Shown here: positions 6,574 through 15,445 of the stretch, piece by piece
Numbering within the stretch: position 1 is the stretch's first letter
How the letters are laid out: every line of letters begins with the position of its first letter
Source of the DNA: Prasinococcaceae sp. CCMP 1430
Taxonomy: Eukaryota > Plantae > Prasinodermophyta
Reading direction: 5' to 3'
DNA length: 15,448 bases
NCBI GenBank assembly: GCA_013416795.1
Contig: RQSC01000071.1
Location: 11,056 to 26,503, forward strand
Program-made: the position numbers and the translations under genes
The notes under the pieces: model-generated
What the model saw: the letters and a program-made list of their open reading frames with translations, nothing else
The model's database searches: none
What the model was told of the DNA's origin: nothing

Positions 6574-8508
6574 ATGGTGAAGCGTCGGCGCGACGAGGGT
6601 GGCGGCGATGACACGGCGAGTGCGCTCATGGACGATGTAGCCGAGTGGGTGCGCAGCCGGGGCGGGCACGTGCACGCCTCACTGTGCATCGGTGGCGACT
6701 CAGTGCGAGGCATACGCACGAAAGACGCGCACGTACGTCAGGGTGACGTGCTCCTGCGGGTGCCGCTCTCGTGCTGCCTGACGAGTGTGCGCGCTTGCGC
6801 CGAGCTCCACGCGAGTGCGCCCGCGGCGGCTGAGGCGCTGCTCGATGCAGCGAGCTCAGGTCAGCTCAGGCATGAGCTTGGCGACATTGCGCTTGCACTT
6901 GCTCTTTGCAGGGCCGTAGAGAGGGGAAGCTCATGCGAGACCCACATGCGACACCTGCTGCGCACCACGCCCGGCGCGCAAGAGATGCTCGAGGGCGATA
7001 CGGCGCTCCCCGCGCACGCGTGCGCACTGCAGGCGGGAGGTGGGCGGCAACACGCGAGCGCGCTGCTTGCGGAGTGGGAGGCACTGCTAAGCCCCTCGCC
7101 AGTGCACGCTCACATCACCGATGAGGTGGGAAAGCTGCTCGCGTCCCACAAGGCCGTCGACTCTGCGCTCGCACAGAGTGCGCCGCCGCTTCGTGATTTC
7201 CTGTGGGCAATGGCTGTCGTGTCCTCGCGCACGTTTACAGTTCCATTTGACGGCGTCGCGGCGGCCGGTGCGGGCGCGGGTGCTGAGGCAGCGCGCACTG
7301 GAGCGTATGGCGAGTCGTGCCTTGCGCTTGTACCGCTCATGGACATCCTGAATCACAAAAGGCCGCGCGAGACGGCCTGGAGGCTGGATGCCGACCGCAG
7401 TGCTGGCTTGGACGGAGCGATGGAAATGACTGCGCTGCAGCCATTTGCCGCGGGGATCGAGGTGCATGACAACTACGGCGCTGCAGGCAATGGCCCGCTG
7501 CTTGTGCGCTATGGCTTTACTGTGGCGCACAACTTCGAGCCTGACAACTCGTGCAACGATACATTGCCTTACGCACTGTGTGGTACGCGCGTCGAGCTGC
7601 GTGCGGGCCCACCAGCGTACAGCTTCGGGCCCCTAGCCAAGCTCGTCGACGCCGTGATGGGCGCCACCCGCAGGGGCGGCGAGCACGCGACGCGGCCGAT
7701 GGCCGCGACTTGCACTGCAGGGGAGTACGCAGCTGATGCTAGTGCAGAGGAGGACGAGCTGGACGACGAGGCGCTCGACGCACTCTACGGTGCAGACGAC
7801 AAGTGGGAGGAGAAGGCCAAAGCTCAGGAGGCCCAAGCAGAGGCCGAAGCGCAAGAGGAGGACGAGCTGGACGACGAGGCGCTCGACGCACTCTACGGTG
7901 CAGACGACAAGTTGGCTGGCGACGAGGGCGCCAGCGATACGAAAGTCCGGGGCGAGTGCGTGCGAGAGGAGGTCGCAGCGCTTAAGGAGGTTGCGCGTGC
8001 GCTTCACGCTACGGCGTGTGGCTACTACGCCGACGCACCGAAAGAGGACAGCCCAGGTGCGACCTCCTCGCCGCGAGAGTGCATGCGCACGCGCGCCCGG
8101 TTTCAACCCACGTGTAGCTGACGCATCCATTGTCCATGTGCGCTTGCGGACCCCGCAGGCTGCACGAGTGCGCTCCATGCCGACACTCTCCGCGTGTGCG
8201 AGCACCCACTCTTCGGCAAGTGTGCGAGGGCATCCATGGCGCGCGACGTGGCACTGAGTGAGGCAGCAACGCTCAGCGCATACGCGATCGCCGCGAACGC
8301 TCTCGCGCATGGGCTCGAAACAATCATGACCAGGAGCGCCTCCGCGAGGGATGGGAAGGCCGTCGTTGCGGACGGTATGGAAAGCGCTTGCAGCCGCGCA
8401 GAGGGGGCGGTCGCTGCCGTGGCACCCGAGGCCGCGCCATATTTCAAGCATGTGCCAGATGCCGTGCGCGCGTACATTCGAGTGCGTTCGCATCGCTTCG
8501 TGGAGTAA
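6574..8508 (+). CDS. SET-domain protein lysine methyltransferase (Rubisco LSMT/SETD3/SETD6-like); join(6574..8056,8159..8508), 610 aa
   Basis: WVRSRGG...RGIRT...GDVLLRVPLSCCLT; FLWAMAVVSSRTF; LVPLMDILNH; EVHDNYG...LLVRYGF. The intron joins the ORF ending at 8121 in frame with ORF 8194..8508. Confidence 0.88.
7746..7912 (+). repeat. Two identical 59-bp direct repeats (7746-7804, 7854-7912; period 108 bp) encoding EEDELDDEALDALYGADDK
   Basis: Base-by-base comparison of the two copies shows no mismatch. Confidence 0.95.
8057..8158 (+). other. Spliceosomal intron (102 bp) in the SET gene
   Basis: CAG|GTGCGA donor, GCTGAC at 8117-8122, CAG acceptor; phase 1, frame-restoring. Confidence 0.8.
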
Positions 8509-8642
8509 CACTGGAGCCTACGTTGGATCTCTGCAGCGCATGGATGTCAACTGCGGCCATCCTTGCGAGCCATTCCTGTACTTTAATTATTGAGCTGTGG
8601 CAGCGCGAGAGCGCGCTCTTCGAGAGGGCACATCGTGCTGTG

Positions 8643-10968
8643 TCACCCGAGGCATGCCTGCGAGCGGAGGTCATGTGTGTCAGCCGACATATGAAATCAT
8701 CATAAATGCGAACGCGTTGGAACGCGCAGTCTGGCGCACGATGCACCAGCGCGCGCGTACCATCATGCTTGTCTCGATGTCCGTCCCCTCGGGCAGTACA
8801 GGCACGAGGCCCAAGTTGCGCACCTGCTCCTCGAGTGCGAGAATGCGCTTGAACATGCGAACCACCATGTCGTCCATCTTCTTGGTCATGTACTGGGCGT
8901 CCTCGACTGCGACCTCGCATGCGCTGATGGCCGAGCGCCCGCCCAAGGCCACCTTCTCGCTGCACACGTCCAGACGACGTTTAACTTCACGCACGGGCGC
9001 GCGCGCCGCCGCCAAAAGAGTCAGCCATGCCCACGCGAAAAGAGAGAGAGGCAATGTCTTTGAATCGAGATCTCCCAGGGGTGTAACGGCGGTCGCGGCA
9101 CATGTCGCCCCGGCACCTGACTAACCCTGGTGAATGTGATGCTCGCACGCGCGCGCGCGCGCACTCACCCTCCTTGATGCTCTCCTTGCGCTCCGCTGAG
9201 TTCATGGGGCGTTCGCTGCCATCGGGCATCTGCACGGCTGCAGAGGTGCTCAAAGTATCGATAAGCCGCTGCACGAGGTCTCGCCGACGGCTGTCCGCCG
9301 CGAGAGCGAGCTTTTGGAAGCCCTGCACGTGCGCGTGCAGCCAAAATAGAGCATGGGTGTAGGCATGTGCATGGTGGTGTCGGCACAAGCGTCGATGTCA
9401 GCACGCGCACGACTAAGGCGCCACCCGCGCATGTCGTTTGCCCTCGCAATCGCCTTAGCAGACACGTGCGCGCGCAGGCACGCACGCAGGCCGCGCGAAC
9501 GGACCTTCGCGTGCCCCCCCATCGGTCGCAATGATTGACCCTGAGCGGAGCCAGTCGTCAGCATCTGCATGGAGCCGTTTGTGCCCATGCCGCTGCTCCC
9601 GTCGGAACCATTCGACTTCATAGAATGATTCCTACTCAAGCTCCTGAACGTGTCGTTCAGTTGCTTGAGGTCTGTGACCTGCGCCTCGAGTGCAGCCTTA
9701 TCGGCCGCCGCTTGCGCGTTCGCCGCCGCCCCACGAGCCGCTGCTGCCTCGAGCGTGACAATCGATGCCTGAGCGGCCTTGAGGTCCTCGCGCGCGCGCG
9801 CGAGTTCAGCAATGTTGGCCTCAGCGGCTGCCATCTCCCCTGTACGCGCTTCCATCGCTGCCTTGGCGCCTTCTGCCGCCGCAGCGCTGGCCTCGGATCC
9901 GCCCGCTGAGGCGCGATCATACAGGTGCACAGCGAGCTCTAGCGAGACGGGCATACCCAGGCCATGCTCGGCCATGCCGCCAAGGTTGTGCAGCGCGTCG
10001 TGGGAGCCCTGCTCGGCCGCGCGTCGGAACCAGAGCTCGGCCGCGGCGTAGTCGCGGTTGGCGACCTTCATGTATGCGATGTTGTTCTGCGCGTGCATGT
10101 TGCCAGCTGCAGCAGCGCGCGCGTACAGTTCCTCCGCCTTGGTGGGGTCGGCGTCGACGCCGATTCCGTCCTCGTAGCAAATTCCCAGATTGTTGGCAGC
10201 GCTGCCGCTGCCGCCGCGTGCTGCGCGCCGGTACCACTCCACGGCCTTCGCTGGGTCCTGCGTGAGGCCGCCGCTGCCCTGAAAGTACATGCTGCCGAGG
10301 TTGTTCTGGGCCTTGGCGTGCCCCTTCTCGGCCGCCTCACGATAAAGCTGCACGGCGCGCACGGCGTTTTGCCTCACGCCCAAGCCTGTCTCATAGAGGT
10401 AGCCCAGAGCGGCTTTCGCATCCACCAGGCCCGCGTCGGCGGCCTTGCCGTAGTGCTTTGCTGCAGCAGCGTGATCGCGCGCGGCGGCGGGCGTCTCGCC
10501 GACTGTGGGTTCCCAACCGGCGGCATCGCCACCACCGGCCGCATCCTTGGCGCTGCGCGCGCCCGCATCCTCATGCGGTGCCGGCGTCGACGCATCAGCC
10601 TCGGGGGACTCCTCGAACATCTTGCCAAGGGCGAGATGCGCATCGGCGGATCCGCTCTCGGCTGCGCGCTCGAGCCACTTCCGTGCCGCGCGTAGATTGC
10701 GCGGCGGCAGCGCGTCTCCAGCATCGTCACCGCGCGCCTCGGGCCTCGCGCGCAGTGCGAGCGCCGCGAGGCGCACCATGGCCGCGACGTTACCCGTAGC
10801 CGCTGCGCGCTCGTACTTGGCCGCGGCCGCGGCCGCCGCCGCGGGCGCCGGAGGCGCCCCTTTCGCGGCGCCACCGATGGGCGCTCTGCTTGACGCGCCT
10901 GATGCGCCGGCATCGATGCCGAAGAGCATGCGGTCGCCCTCCAGCACGTACGCATCGCCCTGCGCCAT
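8643..10968 (-). CDS. Sel1-repeat protein with C-terminal coiled-coil region; complement(join(8643..8657,8761..8984,9169..9322,9505..10968)), 618 aa
   Basis: About 7 Sel1 repeats, e.g. AKAALGYLYETGLGVRQNAVRAVQLYREAAEKGHAKAQNNLGSMY, AANNLGICYEDGIGVDADPTKA and ALHNLGGMAEHGLG, followed by a heptad-like Ala/Glu region. The three introns (9323-9504, 8985-9168, 8658-8760) each have a GT donor and a GCTGAC branch point and keep the frame. The last exon is the least certain. Confidence 0.82.
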
Positions 10969-11245
10969 GGTTGCGCGCGCAAGCGCCCGCACGCGTGCCC
11001 CGCCCCACCCGGCCGCGTCCACCCTTAGGGCAGCCGCAGCGCCCCACACGCCCGAGCGCGTGACTCAACGCCCGCGCCAGCCCCAGCAGAAGCCCCCCCC
11101 CCCCCTCCCTCTCAATCCCACACCCTACCTCCTTCACCCGCGGTGGACCCGCACCCCAGACGCCTTCCCTACCCCCGCGATCGGCGCCCCTCCCCCCGCG
11201 CAGCTTTCCCTGCTCGCTGCGACCTCGCCGCCGCAGTGGCGTCGC

Positions 11246-11269
11246 GCCGCCGCCGCCGCCGCCGCCGCC
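11246..11269 (+). repeat. (GCC)8 microsatellite in the Sel1/TTLL divergent intergenic region
   Basis: Eight consecutive GCC units read directly. Confidence 0.9.
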
Positions 11270-11450
11270 TCTCTGCACTGGCCGGGCGCTGCCGCACGGA
11301 CGGTGGTGGATGGGGGTCGGCGGGGAGGGAGGAGGTGCGTCGGGAGGGGCTGGAACGCATGCGCTTTGCCTTGGCTGGGGGACGCCGCGGCCGCGGCCGG
11401 TTCGGCGGTTCCCCCAACCGCACCGTGCGCTCGCTCGCTCGCGCCGGCCC

Positions 11451-11482
11451 CGCTCGCGGAAACCCCGCGGTTTCCGCGAGCG
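11451..11482. repeat. Perfect 14-bp inverted repeat with 4-nt loop (hairpin/cruciform potential)
   Basis: CGCTCGCGGAAACC-CCGC-GGTTTCCGCGAGCG; the arms are exact reverse complements. Confidence 0.9.
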
Positions 11483-11941
11483 TGCGCCTGATCCTGATTC
11501 CAAATGCCCACGAAAACCCGCGGGATGATTTGACATTTCGAGTCGAATTCCCGTGTTTTTTTTCTTTTTTTTCTGCCTCCCGTCCTCTCCTTCAAGAGGC
11601 TATGAAGTACGCGGCGGCTCGGTCGGATTTTGACCCCGCGAGCGGATGCGATTTGATGGCGGGCGGTTCCCCGACGCGCTCGCGCGCGCCGCCGGGCGGG
11701 CGTGCGGCGGCGGCCGGTGCGACCGGGCCGAAAGGCGGGGAGAGGCACAGCCAGCCTCCAACGTCCATCTCGTCACTTGTGCTTGCAGGGGCTCGAAAAG
11801 GCTGCGCGCGCCGCGCGCCGGTGCGCCGCGGCCGCCAACGGCTCGATTTGCGCCGCGGGCCTAGGCGCGCGGCGCCGCGCGGCGAGCGGCGCGGCGAAGG
11901 CGCCGCACGCGGAGCAGGCCTCGCAGGTCGCGCAGGCAGCG

Positions 11942-13711
11942 ATGGCATCGCCGGTCGCAGAGGCTGCGGCGACCGGGGACGCCGCCACCGCCGCCGTGGC
12001 AGGGAAGAAGAACAACAAGTCCTCGTTTGAGACGCGCCCGCGTGGCGCTGTGCGCCTCGTGCCGCCGCTGCTGCCCTCGATGCCTCCGACAGTCGCGTTC
12101 ACCGACCGCGTGCCCGCACACGCGCCCGCGGCGTACGCGCTCGACGAAGAGCCGCGCGTGTACGTGCGCTTGAGCGGCATCGCGAACAACGGCGTCAAGC
12201 ACGCCTTCCGCGATGCGGGCTTCCGCTGTACAGCCAAGCAGCACTTCAACGCGCTGTGGACCAGCGCGCTCGCGGGGGACGAGTTCTCCAGGCTCAGGCT
12301 CGACAGGTTCCAGAAAGTGAACCACTTTCCGGGCACGTGGGAGCTCGGGCGAAAGGACCGGCTGTACCGTAACGTCGCACGCATGCGGCGTCGCCAGGGC
12401 GCCGAACACGAGTTCGACATCATGCCGCGCTCGTTCATGTACCCGCGCGACGCAGCCGACTGGTCCGCCGACATCGCGAACCTGCAGGCTGACGGTGAAA
12501 ACCCGCTGTACATCGTCAAGCCGCCCTCCTCAAGCAGGGGCAGGGGCATTCGCGTCATCAAGGGCCCGAAGGACCTGCCGGGACTCGCCAAGAGCGCAGC
12601 CAGTGGGGGTAATGGAAAGGGGCGCGGGCGCGACGTGCTGGTGCAACGCTACCTGCGACGTCCCCACCTCATCAATGGCTACAAGTACGACCTGCGTGTG
12701 TACGTGCTGGTGACATCCTTTGACCCTTTGCGAGTGTACCTGTACGAGGACGGCCTCGTGCGTTTCGCGACGGAGAAGTACCGTACAGACGGCTCGAGCC
12801 TCAATAAACGAGCAATCCATCTGACCAACTACTCAATCAACAAAAACAAGGCGGGTTTCGTGGCTACCGCCACGGAAGAGGAGGACGGCGCGGGCTCCAA
12901 GTGGTCCATCGGCGCGCTGCGAAGGCACTTCAAAGAATCAGGGCTGGGCGACTTCGACGAGCTCGTGTGGCCGCAGGTGAAGGACCTCGCAATCAAGTGT
13001 ATGCTGGCGGTCGAGGCCGAGGTCAACACAAGAATCAATATGCACCTTGGAATTGACCGCAACGTCTGCTACGAACTGTATGGCTTCGACGTTGTGCTCG
13101 ATCGCGACCTGCGCGGCTGGGTGCTGGAAGCAAACACAGGTCCGGCGCTGCAGGCTCCCGGCGCCATCGATCGGAAGGTGAAGCACAGGATGATCAAAGA
13201 CATGATGCATCTAATTGGCTTCTCGCCGTACGACCGCGACGAGCTGCGCCGCGCGGAGGAGGCCAAGCGCGTGGAACGCCTCACGGGTCTTGGCGCCGCG
13301 TCGCGGCGCGCCGGCAGCGCCGGCGCGGGCGGGCACGTGACGGGCGGCAAGGGGCGGGCGAGCTCTGCGGTGGGTTCGAAGGGCGATTCGATCGAGAGGC
13401 GCACGGGTCGCAGCTGGAAGGAGGCGAGCGAAGTGACCTTCGACGGCCTGAGCCTGGCCGACATGCCTGCGTGCATTCTCGACACGGAGGCGGAAGCTGC
13501 GCGCTGTCCGACGAGCTGGAGCCGCATCTTTCCGCGCAAGGACACCGACGCGCGCTACCGAAAGCTCTTTGAGGCGCAGCGGTACTCAAACACCATCATT
13601 GCCAGGTGGCTCGCGTGGCCGGGTCGCTCCGAAGAGCTCCGGCGCGCGCGCGAAGACATGGACGCGCTGATGTCCAGCGTGGCCGCCGATGGCAAAATGA
13701 GAGGCGCGTGA
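11942..13711 (+). CDS. Tubulin-tyrosine-ligase-like protein, TTLL4/TTLL5-like tubulin polyglutamylase, 589 aa from ATG 11942 (longer spliced N-terminus possible)
   Basis: QKVNHFPGTWELGRKDRLYRN; YIVKPPSSSRGRGIRVI; VQRYLRRPHLINGYKYDLRVYVLVTSFDPLRVYLYEDGLVRFATEKY; HLTNYSINK; CYELYGFDVVLD...WVLEANTGPAL. These are ATP-grasp TTL family motifs. The subfamily is judged by recognition only. Confidence 0.92.
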   Translation: MASPVAEAAATGDAATAAVAGKKNNKSSFETRPRGAVRLVPPLLPSMPPTVAFTDRVPAHAPAAYALDEEPRVYVRLSGIANNGVKHAFRDAGFRCTAKQHFNALWTSALAGDEFSRLRLDRFQKVNHFPGTWELGRKDRLYRNVARMRRRQGAEHEFDIMPRSFMYPRDAADWSADIANLQADGENPLYIVKPPSSSRGRGIRVIKGPKDLPGLAKSAASGGNGKGRGRDVLVQRYLRRPHLINGYKYDLRVYVLVTSFDPLRVYLYEDGLVRFATEKYRTDGSSLNKRAIHLTNYSINKNKAGFVATATEEEDGAGSKWSIGALRRHFKESGLGDFDELVWPQVKDLAIKCMLAVEAEVNTRINMHLGIDRNVCYELYGFDVVLDRDLRGWVLEANTGPALQAPGAIDRKVKHRMIKDMMHLIGFSPYDRDELRRAEEAKRVERLTGLGAASRRAGSAGAGGHVTGGKGRASSAVGSKGDSIERRTGRSWKEASEVTFDGLSLADMPACILDTEAEAARCPTSWSRIFPRKDTDARYRKLFEAQRYSNTIIARWLAWPGRSEELRRAREDMDALMSSVAADGKMRGA

Positions 13712-13906
13712 GCTACGCTTTCGAGCGCCGCATTGCGCTTGTACCAGTACGCAATTGTTAATACTCATACTTTGTACACTCTGTGGGCGGAACAGCAAGT
13801 ACGATGGTGCTCCGTGCGCGCGGCCGCTGCACGTGCGCCCGACAGCCCGATCACTGCCGTGCCGATTCGATTTGCTGAGACACGCCCGGGGTTTTTATGT
13901 CTCCAT

Positions 13907-15223
13907 CTACCAGCGCGTAGCGCCGGCCATGTTGTACCAATACCGCCGACCAGTCGAGGCGTCGACAGCAGGCAGCCACTCCGTCGCCGTCGGGGTCTGC
14001 TGCACTGATGGATGCATCTGCGCGCGCGTTGGCATCGGTGCCTGCGACTGCGCGCTGGCGCTCTTCCCGGCTGGCAGGTCCCAGCGCGTCTCCCCCGTGC
14101 GCGCGTTGGCAAAGTATGGCCGTGCAGTCGCAGCGTCGATCACTGCGTGCCACTGCGCATCATCGTGCGCGGCTGCGTCACTCTGGTCGATGGACTGAAA
14201 GCTGGCCTCCTCAGAGGTGGTCGGCTTCTGCTGCTGGGGGTCCAGCCTGGGCGTCGCCCCGTATCGAGGTGGCCCAAATAGGGTCGGGGCAGGCGTCGGC
14301 GCTGGCAGATGTGTCCGCCACGGTTGCCTCAGCACGCGCGAAGCCATGCGCTGGTCGGTCGGAACTGTCGCGCCACCAGCGTGCGTGTATGACTGTAGGG
14401 TGACATCGTACGCTGAGGTTGCCGACATGGGAGTCAGAGCGACGCCCATCGCGGTGTTGTTCCACCCACCGCCACCCACAGGCCCTTGCTGTACCTGAAC
14501 CGGCTGCTGCCGTTGCTGAAGTTGCGTTGTCATGCCGAAGGGGGTCTGCGCCGCCCGGGCGCCCGCCATCGCCGTGCGCGGCGCCATCATCTTCGCCACT
14601 GGCCCCGCACGCGCTGGCGATTGCGACGCAATTGTGCCTGGTGCAGGCGCGACGCCGACCGCGGGCGGGGGCGCGCCGTCGGTCGCGGGAGCCAGCGCAG
14701 GCGCCTCCGCGGGAGCGGCGGCGAGGACCTCTGGCAGCGGGTTGACAGCTGCAGCCTCCCTCCTTGCGGTTACCTGCTCCCTGAGGCGTTCGAGGTGGGC
14801 ATGCAAGGCGATGCACTCATGCGTAAGCTGCCTCTCTTCCTCCTTCAGCTCCTGCGCGCGCGAGCGGCAGCCCTCGCGCTGTGCTGCGAGCGCCTCGCCG
14901 CGTCCGAGTCCACACGCCGCGATGTGAGACGCAGCGTCCGGCGGCGCTGCAAAGTGGTACGTGCGTAGCGCTCGGAGCTCCACGCGCGCCGATCCACCGT
15001 CTGCCCTGTCGATGCTGAACACATCCTTGGGCGCCAGTGCCATGAGCTCCCTCGCGCGCGGGCTGTCCTCGCGCGCTCGCACCCCGCCGCCGGTCACGCG
15101 CACGCACACGCGTCGCTCGGGCGCCGCCCGCGCGGCACCGCGCACCCGCGCGCGCCGCGCCCCGGGGGAACCGCCGCCGTTCGAACCCGCTCTCGCCGCC
15201 GCCAAAATCGATTCCAATTGCAT
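13907..15223 (-). CDS. Protein with a coiled coil, Pro/Gln-rich linker and two C-terminal WW domains, 438 aa (alternative start at 15043)
   Basis: WW1 WHAVIDAATARPYFANARTGETRWDLP (14072-14152). WW2 WLPAVDASTGRRYWYNMAGATRW* (13910-13978). Coiled coil AQELKEEERQLTHECIALHAHLERLREQV. The ATG at 15223 is in ACCATG context next to an AT-rich promoter-like region. Confidence 0.8.
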   Translation of the reverse strand: MQLESILAAARAGSNGGGSPGARRARVRGAARAAPERRVCVRVTGGGVRAREDSPRARELMALAPKDVFSIDRADGGSARVELRALRTYHFAAPPDAASHIAACGLGRGEALAAQREGCRSRAQELKEEERQLTHECIALHAHLERLREQVTARREAAAVNPLPEVLAAAPAEAPALAPATDGAPPPAVGVAPAPGTIASQSPARAGPVAKMMAPRTAMAGARAAQTPFGMTTQLQQRQQPVQVQQGPVGGGGWNNTAMGVALTPMSATSAYDVTLQSYTHAGGATVPTDQRMASRVLRQPWRTHLPAPTPAPTLFGPPRYGATPRLDPQQQKPTTSEEASFQSIDQSDAAAHDDAQWHAVIDAATARPYFANARTGETRWDLPAGKSASAQSQAPMPTRAQMHPSVQQTPTATEWLPAVDASTGRRYWYNMAGATRW

Positions 15224-15410
15224 GGTTGGCGCAATTCAATCGCGAGAAAAGTAAAAAAAAAAGCAATGCAATACAAACTGCGATCTCCCGTTGGGTTTTT
15301 AAACCAAGGCATAAATGACACATCACGCCATGACGCGTCCGCCTTTTTTTTTTTGATGGCGCGCGGCGCGCCCGCAGAATCCGTCGGTTTGGTTTGCGCG
15401 CGCACCGGCC

Positions 15411-15445
15411 CGCGCGCGCGCGCGCGCGCGCTGCTGCTGCTGCTG
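15411..15445. repeat. (CG)10 tract immediately followed by (CTG)5
   Basis: 15411-15430 is pure alternating CG; 15431-15445 is CTG x5. Confidence 0.9.

Noticed and set aside
7746-7912. Direct repeats with spacer as a CRISPR-like array
   Set aside because: Only two copies, in frame inside a eukaryotic CDS, with no cas genes.
5979-8158. Introns as Introner-type repeated elements (shared GTGCGA donor, AG|G context)
   Set aside because: Apart from splice signals the intron interiors show no visible similarity to each other. A genome-wide search would be needed to exclude similarity to introns elsewhere.
9250-9504. C-terminus of the 599-aa ORF as real Sel1 protein sequence
   Set aside because: It starts at an AAG|GTCCGT donor and reads through intron-like sequence; the spliced model gives a more coherent protein.
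11460-11660. E2F-like and CHR-like promoter words (TTTCCGCG, GATTTGA)
   Set aside because: Matches to consensus are imperfect, and short words are not supportable without enrichment statistics.
10969-11941. Several 70-300 aa ORFs in the divergent intergenic region
   Set aside because: Low-complexity Pro/Arg/Ala translations expected from GC-rich DNA with few stop codons; no domain evidence.
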